A stretch of 64,000 nt of DNA from Antedon mediterranea (Eukaryota > Animalia > Echinodermata). Positions 52,401-64,000 of this stretch are shown here, piece after piece. The first letter of the stretch is position 1; each line of letters opens with the position of its first letter. The position numbers and the translations under genes are program-made. Below the pieces are notes generated by a model, which was given only the letters and a program-made list of their open reading frames with translations, had not been told where the DNA came from and searched no databases. The stretch lies in NCBI RefSeq assembly GCF_964355755.1, contig NC_092670.1, positions 20,694,795-20,758,794 on the forward strand, written 5' to 3'.

Positions 52401-55294
52401 GTTTAAGTCCCGTTGGCAACACTATGATGTACGTTCAAAATATGCCAGAGATAGGTATGAATGCATTCTTATCAAAGTTACTGTATGTATGTGTGGTGTT
52501 CATATTGGAGTACTACAGGAACACATACTGTTTTTATATAAACAGATCTATACTACTAATTGTTTTTTTTTAATTTCTAGTTAATTATAGAAGAGTTTTC
52601 CTACTTCATCAAGATGATGTCCTGTTCCGTTCGGCTGCCGATGAAATCCGACTGTCAGCGGACAATTCCGAATACATACGAGAGATCAATACCCGAATAG
52701 TCACAGCAATCGCAACTGGTGATAGCATTGGTGAACCTCAAGTCAATGCCTACTTTAAACCGATTAAGGTACGCTGGAATTTAGTTATTTTATTATTTCA
52801 TGATTCTATAATGCTTCCGTGTTTTCGTATAGATGATAATGATATATGCATGGTGTAGTAGGTTGTTGTACAGAAAGAATTATTTTAAACAATTGTGTGT
52901 GTTTTTAATATTCTACATAGGTAATGAACAAAACGTTGAATGAAGAATGTCAAACGTGGGACTGGACGAAAGGTGACACAGGTCAGGGTGGATGGAGTGA
53001 AGAGGGATGTTCAATATCTATGGAGGGAGAATACTTTCATTGCTCGTGTAACAGTTATGCAAGCTTTGCCGTAGCTATGGTATGTGTTTAATGGATTAGA
53101 GTAATATATATCATAGAGCCTACTAGATGGCATCTTAGGAAAAAAAAATTAAGACAAAATATTTTCCCCCTAATCAGAGGATCAGGTCCTCGTCAGTTCC
53201 TGAACCTAACCACTTGTCCCTGCTTTTCCATGCGAATTGTCCTTTGTGACACACCAATTTTATAAATACATCATGATTGTTTCTATAAATTGGTTGATTT
53301 CTTTATTTTAATTCAATTTTTTGGTTAAAAAATAGGATGTGTATGAAGTTCCGATAATCGTTCCTCCAGATTACGTCATAAGTAAAGTTGGTAGTGGTAT
53401 AGCAGCCATCTTACTTCTACTGACGATTTTGATATTCGTTTGTTTGAAGTAAGTGTAATTTATTGTTATACTGTAGTAAGTAACGTTTTCCATTAGGAGG
53501 CTCATTGATAAACGATAATTAGTATATTTCCAATCGGGTATATCAGAATATATTGGAAATTGTCATTAGTTTTGTAGCTGTATTTTGTATGTAATATACG
53601 ATATAAAAAAAGAAGAGTTGTCGTAGTAAGTTTGTAAATTATGAAATCAACAAAGAAAACCATAAAATAAAAGAGAAGAAAAATCAGTAATTCCAAAGGT
53701 GAATCCAAAAAAAGATCAAAACAAGTTTGTAAATTAAATCTTACTGTAAATCGTATGAAAGAAAAATGTTTAGATATCATTATTTTTTAAATAAACGGAA
53801 TTTCCTACATTTTCTTTAACTCAGCTTTTCTTTTTTGTAAATAGGGATTTACGGAACAGCAAACCGCATCAGATTTTAGCCCACCTTTTCTTGGCTCTAG
53901 TTATTTGGCACTTGTCTTTTGTCATCGGCGTCAGCCTAACCAGATACAGAGAGGCATGCGTGACATTTGGTGTCCTAATGCATTATGGGATTATAGTTTC
54001 ATTGTGTTGGATGATTGTCGGTGCTATAGATATTTATATAGTTTTTGTAAAGGCAAGGGCATTGCCCGTTAAGAGATTTGTTGTGAAATCGTCCATATTA
54101 TCTTGGGGTAAGTTATTAACAGATTGATTGAATTCAATATTGTCAAAGAATCAAGTTATTCCAAAATTTAGAAAGGTCCAAATATTCCCATTTTCGACGA
54201 AATCCTAGTAATTATTAATAATTAGTTATTAATAAGTAATTATTTTGACAAAATCACCTAAAAGATTTTAATGTTATAAAGTAAAACTTACATATTGACC
54301 ACATGGCAAATTCAATGAAAATGGTGTTATGGATCGCATTGAAACTAAGTGAATTAGCGATACAGATAATAATGACAAATAAAAAGACAAGGATTTAGAA
54401 ACGTCTTCATCACATCCACTGTTTACCTTATTTTATGTATAAATATATCTTTTGTTTATTTTATGTATAAATCTATCTTTTGCTTTTCAGGAATGCCTTT
54501 AATCATTGTAGCAATAGTAGCAGCTATTGATCTTGATAATTATCGAGAAGAAGATAAATAGTAAGTGCCAATTGTCATTTCATAAATTGAAACTTTCAGA
54601 ATTTAAGTTCAGTTAATTATGCTTCCATGTCTGAGTTGAGACAGGTAAATAATTATACATTTAGGGAGAGAAAGCTTTATAAGTATGATCTTATTTTATT
54701 CCTAGCTGCTTCCTTGTGACACATCCAGCCGTGCCTTTCATCCTCTCACTCGCTGTACCAATATTTGCAGCAGTATGTTCTATTTCTATCGTGTACTATA
54801 TGGCATGCACAATGCATGTGCGCATGCTCAATGATAAAATTGAAGATGAAGGTGATCCGATGTTTCGAAAACGTCAACAAGCACGTGTTTTAGTTTTAGC
54901 ATCAAGTGTAATTGTCATCCTGGGAATTATGACCGCCATCTTCGGATTCATAGCTATATATACCGAACAAATCGGGACAGAAGTTTTGTTTATGTTATGC
55001 AGTGTTTTAGAAGGAGTCGCTATTTTTGGAACTTGTTGCGTATGGCCTATAGAGGTTCGACATTTGTGGCTGAAGAAATTAGGAGTTTTAAAAAAGAATC
55101 CAACAAAACAGGGATTATTCAGGCCTTACTGGTCCCTCTCTAAATGGAATTCAAAGTCTGTTCTTCCAGAAACTGAACCCCAGTTTTTCCTAGACAATTC
55201 AACCAATGCAAATGGAATAGTAACTCCGCAGAATATTGTCTTAGGAACCTTTCCAAAATCAGAAACTAGTAATTCAACAGAAAGTAAGGCCTAG
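49480..55294 (+). CDS. Adhesion G-protein-coupled receptor, ADGRG-like (signal peptide, SEA-like, HormR-like, GAIN/GPS, 7TM), about 867 aa, 13 coding exons
   Basis: Exons 49480-49557, 50308-50475, 50658-50874, 51072-51188, 51292-51416, 51685-51840, 52094-52454, 52581-52768, 52921-53079, 53336-53448, 53845-54107, 54491-54560, 54706-55294 (2604 nt, in phase). HormR-like C...FTWPITLAG...C...RKC...W; GPS CQTWDW...GGWSEEGC...CSCNSYASFAVAM; family-B 7TM motifs CVTFGVLMHY...WM and WGMPLIIV. Confidence 0.9.
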
Positions 55295-55938
55295 GAAACA
55301 ACTGCTCAAAATAAGCGCTACACATTTTTCAAAATTATTATAGTGTCATACGACAAACAATATTATGTTACTTTAAGATGGTCGAAATTTAACAATTTTC
55401 ACCCAAGATGAGACATTTTCAAAAATAAATCATTATGCGCTAAAGTTGGTAAAGTATTATGCACTTTAAATGGCCAAATTTTGACCCTTTTATTTTTGGA
55501 AATTTGGTTACTATATCATAATGTGACATGCGCACATTCACATAATATGTTCTGCGAATGTTACCTCAATCTATATTTTAGACAGTCGATATTTTATCCA
55601 TTTTTCGAAAAAATCAATCTGGGCCTACTATGGTACAGGAAATTATTTTATCATTCTTTTACATAACTGTTTACTATATCATAATAATCACATACTTTGT
55701 TGTGCGCATTTTAATGGGAAGTGTTCCAAAAATGGCCAAGTTTCGACCCTTGGATTTTTTGACATAACTGGTAATATCATAATTTACATTCGCAGAGTCG
55801 AATAATGTGTTCTGCGCATGTCAATTATGCTATAGTAACTATAGTTTTATCGAAAATAAAAAATATAGTAACCAGTTATATAAAAAAATAAAAAGGTCGA
55901 AATTTGGTAATTTTTCGAAAATTATTATTATTATCAGG

Positions 55939-56363
55939 TGATTGAAACAAAATGGAACTTATTTGCTGCTATTATTATAATTCGTTTATATATCTATAAA
56001 CATTTAGCGATGTATTCACAAATTACCACACTGTATAAATATAATTTATTTTATGATTTAAAATTAAACATAATTTGTGTAAAAATATACTGGAATGTCT
56101 GCAGAATTATTAATTGTAAAATAAATTTGCTCTTTCTTATAACTTTAAACTATTAAATTTATTATAAAATTAATCTTCATGAAACAGTGTACGAACAAAT
56201 TTTATTTTAAAACTACATTTCCTATGCAAATCTAATACTATATTATATAACAACATTTTATTTGCAATTAATAATAAAATTGTAAATAGCTAGCAATTAT
56301 ATTGATCTATTTTAGTAAAGCTTTGTTTAATAAAATACCATACCATTATATTAATGATTATGT
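55939..56363. repeat. Direct repeat D1 (about 425 bp), copy of 58269-58724
   Basis: TGATTGAAACAAAATGGAACTTATTTGCTGC...ATTAATGATTATGT is shared with 58269-58724; the ORF track shows near-identical peptides at 55938 and 58259. Confidence 0.9.
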
Positions 56364-58180
56364 ACTGGGAAATTTTGGAAAAATGGCCAATTTGACATAA
56401 CTGGTTACTATATCGTAATTATCATACGCAGATTCGAATAATGTGTTCTGCGCATGTCAACTATGCTATAATATAATAATTTATCGAAAAATTAAAACCC
56501 ATTATTCGACTCTGCGCATGTTTATTATGCTATAGTAACCATTTATGTCAAAACTGGTTACTATAGCACAATTGACATGCGCAGAACCATTATTCGAGTC
56601 TGCGCATGTTTATTATGCAATAGTAACCATTTATGTCAAAAAATAAAAGGTCGAAAATCGGCCATTTTTTAAAAATTTTCCTGTACTATAGTACAGCGAT
56701 TTTTTCCCAAAAATGGCAAATTTTCGACCTTTTTATTTTTCGATAAAACTGGTTACTATAGCACAATTGACATGAGCAGAACCCATTATTCGAATCTGCG
56801 CATGTTTATTATGCAATAGTAACCATTTATGTCAAAAAATAAAAGGGTCGAAAATCTGCCATTTTTCGAAAATTTCCCGATTTTCGACCCTTTTATTTAC
56901 AGTACAGGGATTTTTTCCAAAAAATCATTTATGTAAAAACCATTAACCATTTATGTCAAAAAATAAAAGGATCGAAAATCGGCGATTTTTTCGAAAATGT
57001 CCCTGTACTACAGTACAGGGATTTTTTTCAAAAAATGGCAAATTTTTGACCTTTTTTTTCCTCTCAATAAAACTGGTTACTATAGCACAATTAACATGCG
57101 CAGAACCCATTATTCGAATCTGTGCATGTTTATTATGCAATAGTAACCATTTATGTCAAAAAATAAAAGGGTCGAAAATCTGCCATTTTTCGAAAATTTC
57201 CCTGTACTATAGTACAGGGATTTTTTCCAAAAAATTGCAAATTTTCGACCTTTTTTTTTCTCTCGATAAAACTGGTTACTATAAAACAATTAACATGCGG
57301 AGAACCCATTATTCGAGTCTGCGCATGTTTATTATGCAATAGTAACCATTTATGTCAAAAAATAAAAAGATCGAAAATCGGCCATTTTTCGAAAATTTCC
57401 CTGTACTACAGTACAGGGATTTTTTCCAAAAAATTGCAAATTTTCGACCTTTTTTTTCTCTCGATAAAACTGGTTACTATAGCACAATTAACATGCGGAG
57501 AACCCATTATTCGAGTCTGCGCATGTTTATTATGCAATAGTAACCATTTATGTCAAAAAATAAAAGGATCGAAAATCGGCCATTTTTCGAAAATGTCCCT
57601 GTACTACAGTACAGGGATTTTTTTCAAAAAATGGCAAATTTTTGACCTTTTTTTTTCTCTCAATAAAACTGGTTACTATAGCACAATTAACATGCGCAGA
57701 ACCCATTATTCGAATCTGTGCATGTTTATTATGCAATAGTAACCATTTATGTCAAAAAATAAAAGGGTCGAAAATCGGCCATTTTTTGAAAATTTCCCTG
57801 TACTATAGTACAGGGATTTTTTCCAAAAAATGGCAAATTTTTGACCCTTTTTTTTCTCTCAATAAAACTGGTTAATATACCACACAATTAACATGCGCAG
57901 AACCCATTATTCGACTCTGCGCATGTTTATTATGCTATAGTAACCATTTATGTCAAAACTGGTTACTATAGCACAATTGACATGCGCAGAACCCATTAGT
58001 CAACTCTGCGCATGTTTATTATGCTATAGTAACCATTTATGTCAAATATGGTTATGATAGCACAATTGACACACGTGAAGAGCTAAAACACGAACACGTT
58101 TTGTTGATTATCTCAAAACTTTGCTTTATGCAGTTGAGTCGTTCTTTCATGACGGGGCAGTATAGTACAGGGATTTTTAC
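56364..58180. repeat. Satellite array of about 199-bp units, each made of two palindromes
   Basis: AACCATTTATGTCAAAA recurs at 56625, 56821, 56945, 57145, 57344, 57542, 57741, 57942 and 58031. Degenerate, partly inverted copies at about 55470-55920 and 56390-56490. Confidence 0.95.
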
Positions 58181-58268
58181 AGGTCGTAAATCACCCAAAA
58201 TGAAGACTTTTAACAATTCAATTAATAAGCACAAATAGATAGGATCGAATATATACACATGAGACAGT

Positions 58269-58724
58269 TGATTGAAACAAAATGGAACTTATTTGCTGCT
58301 ATTATTATAATTCTTTTATATATCTATAAACCTTTAGTGATGTATTTACAAATTACCACACTGTATAAATATAATTTATTTTATGATTTAAAATTAAACA
58401 TAATTTGTGTAAAAATATACTGGAATGTTTGCACAACTATTAATTGTAAAATAAATTATGAAATTTGCTCTTTCTTATAATATTAAACTATTAAATTGTT
58501 TTAGGCTTTATTTAGCTTTTACTTTTTATTACATTATCTATATCAGGAAATAGTGTACAAAAAATTTAGTTTTATTTAAAACTACATTTCCTATACAAAT
58601 CTAATACTATATTATATAGCAACATTATATTGCAATAATAACATTGTAAATAGCTAGCAATTATATTGATCTATTTAGTATAAGCTTTGTTTTATAAAAT
58701 ATACCATTATATTAATGATTATGT
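58269..58724. repeat. Direct repeat D2 (about 455 bp), copy of 55939-56363
   Basis: High similarity to D1, with an internal divergent/indel segment near 58495-58550. Confidence 0.9.
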
Positions 58725-59123
58725 TAATCTTTGGTTTAAACAGTTTCAGTTATAAAATCTTAAATTGCACATTGGTTCAGTTATTACAAATTAAATTATT
58801 CTTTTCATAGTTTCAATAAAAATAAACATACTGCTTTATATCAAAATATGTGTTCTGTAGCGTTTTACTTCTGTCATGTCTTTTCAAACTATTTTTATTA
58901 ATATCACTTGCACTGAAGGGCGCCGCTAGTGTTGGCCCAAATATTTCTGACTGTTTTACTTTATCGTTTGGATTTTTATTTTATTTTGTATCTCCATTGA
59001 GCCACTGATACTCACAGCATTGTCATTATTTTCAGTAATTTGCCTTTGGATTGATTGTATAGTAATATATATATAGTAATATATAATATACCGAACAAGG
59101 CCCAAGGATTCAAGGTGATTATA

Positions 59124-62100
59124 TTATTTGTGAGAGCCATATCCCATAATAGGATGATAACTTGTATTATTTTGTTGGATAGTTTGATTAAGATCATTCA
59201 AAGTCTCACTTTTCATACTCACAGGCCTCTGTTTCAAGATTGATTTCGGTTTTTTCGTAGCGTTAGGGCTGGCCATTTCTTCCTCAATCGGGATATGTCT
59301 CGATGAAGAAGGGATAGAGGTCATGTAACCACTTGCATCACCATTAGATGCTACGGACGTCTTTCTGCTAGAAGGCATGCTCAGAATATTTTCACCTGAA
59401 CTCTGCTGCGATTTTTCCGTTCGTCGACCAAAAAATTTATTTTCAGAAGTCGGTTGTGGTGAAGATGGAGGACTTCTTACTTGAGATATTTTCTTACGTC
59501 TTTCTGGAATGACGTCAGTTTCCGGGGGTTGTTCATATTTGTTGTCGACTTGCGCTTGAATGTACTGTGAAATTAGTGTCGTGATTTCAGAGCCTTGTTC
59601 CGTTTCAAGTCGCGTAACTTTTTGTACCATAAGATTACCACATTTAACATCAACGAACCATTTATTTTGCGCTGAACGTAACCTCCGCGTTGAAACGATC
59701 TCAGTAAACGGATGTTTTAGAATGCAGTCCTGTAAGAATAATCATTGTTGTATTTAATTTGATAACTTTTAATTTTTTTTTTATTCAAAATAGCCTACAG
59801 AATATGGTATGGGCTTATTTTCTAGCTATATATAGATAGCCTTACCTTTGTTTTCTTATCCAGTAAAAATATACCATAGTTACTGACGGCCAGCACACAA
59901 CTTTCATGGACCACAGCACCAGAAACACTCTACAGGAAAACAGTACGTAATGTGTTTAGTACAAATTTCATTATAACCATCATAGGTTAAAATATGGATA
60001 TTTCAGAATAAATTTATAAGTTTCAATATTCTTAAATGTGTACATAATTGCATGATGATCTTCTTATGGTATCATAGAATAAGTATTAAAAAAATATAAG
60101 AGAGGGGAAATTCAACCATTTTTCAACAAAATTTGTGAGCTATATATAGTACAAGGATTTAAAAATAAGGACTTTATTCAATATGCGTATGTATGTATAT
60201 AGCATTATCAACTCATTACTATGTCATATGACCAAATTATATTTTTGAGAGGCTACAAATTTGAACAGTTTTCAACAAAAGCCCTGGAGCACATTGATTT
60301 AATAAAAATGAGGACTTCTCCAAATTCTATTTTATGCACTAAATTGGTATATATGCACATTATTGCTGTATTATGGTTTCATATGACCAATTTATGTTGA
60401 ATCTACACTGTAGATAGTCTACACTATCAAACTTTATGTGACAAAAAATGTGATACCATATATGGACATGATGATGTCACATCACTACCATATTTGGGCA
60501 CAAACTAGTTTGACAGTGTAGACAGAGCTTAAGAAAGTCAAAGTTGTACCTTAATAACAAAGAGATTGGATCCAGTCATTGGTAATTTCTCCACATGTTC
60601 AATAAAAGCCATCATGGCCTCTTCCTTTGACATATGCTTCATTGTCTGCAACTTATCGTCGACGGCGTTTAGCCACTGTTGCTTTTTGCCAGCATCAACA
60701 ATCACGGTGGGTATTAAGTTTGTTAGGTCACGACTATGAGATACAAATACATTTAGATTTTAGATATTATATGCATATTAAATATGGAAATTGATGAGTG
60801 GTTTGATTTATTATCAGCACAATATCTTAAGCTCTGTCCACACTATCAAAATTTATGTGACAACAAAATGTGATGTGCCCATGGACATGATGATTTCATA
60901 TCACATTTTTTTGTCACAAAGTTTTATAGTGCAGATAGAGCAGGTTTAGAACAACTCAATACAATTACTATATTTGGAAAAAATAATTGAATGGTAAACG
61001 TAAATAAACATTAATTAATTAAAACAAATACGTTGAGTAAACTTGAGTAACTAAATTAAAATATTTGAAGTGCTCGATGGATTACACAAAATGGGTAAAC
61101 AATCTAAACAGGTATACTCACATGATTGGTACATTAACCTTGTCATCTGCTCTGTGCTGTAAAGCTGCTAATTGGATGATCAACCATTTATTGTCAGGTG
61201 ATATGCTGTTGTAATCACCCTCTGCTGGGATACTGTGTAAATATTCTGGTCGCATCTATAAATACAAAAACAACATTTCAGTTTTGATTAGTTTACAGCC
61301 ATCCACTTTTGCAGTCACAAAAAATTTGAAACCTTTGATCGAAGGTAATAAATATTTTTTTGACAGGCTCTTTACCTGGTTATAAAGTACAACAGCATGA
61401 AGTGAGCTTTGTATTTTGATTGGACGATACCATAAGACTTTCTTGAAGATGAACGAGTACTCAACTTTCTGGCAATCAAAGTGAGTGATGACATCCATTA
61501 TGTAATCTTTATGCTTCAGAGGAACAATCTGGTTATCTGTAGAAAAATAAAAAAATAATAATAATCATTTCAGATACTTTTGGGCAGACTAATTGTTTTT
61601 AAACAAAGTTTGTATGAATTTTAAAGAATTTGAAACATTTTTTTATTTTGAAATGTCTAGTTTTGAAAGAGGGATATATATATATATATGGCTGTTTTAC
61701 TTATTGTTTGGATTTAGCTTTTCGCTTTTATTTTGTATCTCCATTGAGATCCAGCCACTGATACCCACAGCATTGTCATTTTTTCAGTAATTTGCCTTTG
61801 GATTTATATATATATATGAAGGGTTAGAGTTCCTGAAAGCTCTGCAAATTTTTCTGGCTGTTTTACTTTATCTGTTTGATTTAGCTTTTTGCTTATTTTA
61901 TTTTGTATCTCCATGCCACTGATACCCACAGCATTGTCATTTTTTCAGTAATTTTTTTTTTATTTCTTCCCTGTTATTTCATTATATGACAATAAACATT
62001 AATTTCTTTCATTTCTCGATGTCATGTACAAAAGTTATAATTGAAAGAGGCAAAAACCTGAAAGTTAAAATTGTTGAAAATATCAACCGAAACTTCAGGT

Positions 62101-63906
62101 GAGACGGATAAAAGTTGATAAAACCTTACTTTTTTCCACACTTGCATAGATACTGTATTCTTCAATTTCTTCACTCTCTACAATGTTTAACTCTTGACAG
62201 ATATCTTCTATGACGTCCATCATCGTCGTTCCAGCCATCACCTTCTTTGTGATTGTCATATTGCCGGGGAAGTAGAACATTTGACGCTTTGTCATACGGC
62301 CCTCCTATACCAAAAACAAAACAACTTGTTATATCCATATATTAAGGGACAACTTTTGTCTATATAGTTATATATTTTTTATTGTGTTTAAAAAAAAATA
62401 TAATTCTATTCTATGTCAGTTTTTATTGGCGCCCTACAAAGAACAGAGTGCCTAATAATAGCATTATTTATTAAATAGAAAAGTTGTCGTTTAAATAGAT
62501 AAATATAATGATAGTGTTTATACAGAATTTATCTATTTTTGTACCTTTGTATGTGTTTGTATTGATTGCGTTATGATAGCTTTATATGTATTTATATATG
62601 TACTTGAATTGAATCAAGGGGTTTTACTGTATTTACAACAAAATTGTGCATCATTTCAACATGTTTTAATGGAATTTTCGCATAATAAATGAATCAATTA
62701 TTATTACAAGAGGAGCAAAAAACCAAGTAGAGTGGAGGACGAATGTTATGTGTGATCTGCCTTAACAGGTCTTTGATTGATAAAAGTCGTTTTTAGTGTT
62801 GTTATGCATGAAATGTTGTTACATTCTTGCTTGTAAATATGTAACAACATTTCTTTCTGTAAACATATTTCACTACTTTTATAAACGTACAATCACGTTC
62901 TTTATCTCCAGATAAAGAGGTGGAATTCTTCGCCCTCCAGCTTTGTATCCTCGAATGATGTTCATTTTACACGTCATCGCTAAATTCTGGAACGTCTGCC
63001 GTTGTTCATCGTCCGGATGCGGGGATGACAGATACTCGTAGAGGTACGGCTTGAGAAGGTTAGTCGGCTGGAAGTAGGACGAGAAGAAAACAAACATCCG
63101 CCAACCACATATGCAACTTTTTCTGAAATTAAATTATGGATAATCAGTGAATCGATGAAGGTACAGAATATTTCTAAAAGATATTCTATTGAACATGGTT
63201 TCTATTGTGTACTAACACCATTTAATAGAATGGACGAACGATAAAAGCACAACAAAAACACATGTGAGTCGGAGCTTAGTCATCTTCCTCGTATCCGGGC
63301 CTTTAATAATTCTCCACAACACTATATATAGAGGGCTCTAGACCTGATTACAATTAGTAGAGTACAAGTATAGTATATTTCTCTGGATGAATTTAAATAA
63401 AACTTAAAAAACAAGAAAGTAAAAATACTATAACAGATGGTTTAACAAGACTTACTTTTTAGCGCCATGATTTGCTGTAGTTTGTTTGATCAAATGACAG
63501 AATATTTCATCTACTAATTCTGGATACTGAACACATGTCTAAAAAGAAAGGAATATAAATAAAAAAATTGTGAAGCCTGATCTTAGGCTCTGTCTACACT
63601 CAAACTAGTTTGACAAAACATGTGTGATGTGCCCAAATATGGTAGTGATATGCCCAAATATGGTAGTGATATGACATCATTGTGTTCACAGTGTATGGGC
63701 ACATCACATTTGTTTGTCACATAAAGTTTGATAGTGTAGATAGAGCTTTAAAGTAGTGTTGTTTAATTCTTTTTAAAAATGTTTCTTTACAAATAGATTT
63801 TTAATGTTTACCTTGAGAATAAAATGTACACAGTTGAGATATGCCTTTTCCTTTGGTGTCTTGTCTTTGATTTGTACGGGATAATCACCCATCACCTGCA
63901 TAAGTG
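59124..63906 (-). CDS. MYO15A: Unconventional myosin-XV-like protein, C-terminal MyTH4-FERM region (gene continues beyond the window)
   Basis: Exons 63906-63812, 63538-63456, 63122-62891, 62304-62130, 61536-61376, 61255-61122, 60733-60550, 59929-59846, 59729-59124, in phase. MyTH4 motifs LMQVMGDYP, LVDEIFCHLIKQTT, SCICGWRM, GGRRIPP. FERM motifs GRMTKRQMFYFPG, YIMDV...FKKVLW...YNQ, LAALQHRA, FVDVKCGNLMVQKVTRLETEQGSEITTLISQYI, characteristic of class XV tails. The motor domain is not in the window, so the symbol means class-XV-like. Confidence 0.88.
60416..60529. mobile_element. MITE family A, copy 4
   Basis: GTCTACACTATCAAACT ... AGTTTGACAGTGTAGACAGAGCT. Confidence 0.8.
60830..60941. mobile_element. 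MITE family A, copy 5
   Basis: AGCTCTGTCCACACTATCAAA ... AGTTTTATAGTGCAGATAGAGC. Confidence 0.8.
61690..61955. repeat. Two intronic copies of a repeat of about 105 bp that also occurs at 58950-59055
   Basis: CTGTTTTACTT...TTTTGTATCTCCAT...GCCACTGATAC(C/T)CACAGCATTGTCATT...TTTTCAGTAATTT occurs three times. Confidence 0.8.
63586..63747. mobile_element. MITE family A, copy 6
   Basis: GGCTCTGTCTACACT ... AGTTTGATAGTGTAGATAGAGCT, with a TTA target duplication (63583-63585, 63748-63750). Confidence 0.85.
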
Positions 63907-64000
63907 CTACAGAATATAGAAAATAGACCCAATGAAATCACATAATAATTTAAATATTCAACAATTATGCTAATTAGGCCAAACTAAAATAAAATTATGG

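Noticed and set aside
56943-57875. Cluster of similar 62-129 aa ORFs on both strands
   Set aside because: Translations of the 199-bp satellite; frames shift with homopolymer length.

Overview
AT-rich eukaryotic (metazoan) genomic DNA. The intron-rich genes and a Deu-domain SINE suggest an invertebrate deuterostome such as an echinoderm; this is inference only. Five spliced protein-coding genes can be assembled by hand through GT-AG introns with consistent phase: (1) a cytohesin Arf-GEF (coiled coil-Sec7-PH-polybasic; + strand, 15351-39223); (2) COQ7/clk-1 (- strand, 44252-41740); (3) an uncharacterised multi-pass membrane protein (+ strand, 46998-48231); (4) an adhesion GPCR of ADGRG-like architecture (+ strand, 49480-55294); (5) the C-terminal MyTH4-FERM part of a myosin-XV-like gene (- strand, entering from the right edge, stop at 59124). 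The non-coding DNA holds many non-autonomous DNA transposons (hAT-like, Harbinger-like, Tc1/mariner-like, a six-copy MITE family, a long hairpin element), tRNA-derived SINEs, minisatellites and a ~199-bp satellite built from two palindromes. The most notable observations are: a 3-nt GAG microexon in cytohesin (di- versus triglycine PH-domain switch) in a neural-microexon-like context; two hidden phase-compatible alternative first exons that would remove part or all of the cytohesin coiled coil; and an adhesion GPCR whose GPS lacks both autoproteolytic residues. I found no prokaryotic system, CRISPR array or intact transposase, and I cannot support a wholly new biological system. All family assignments come from motif recognition, not database searches.
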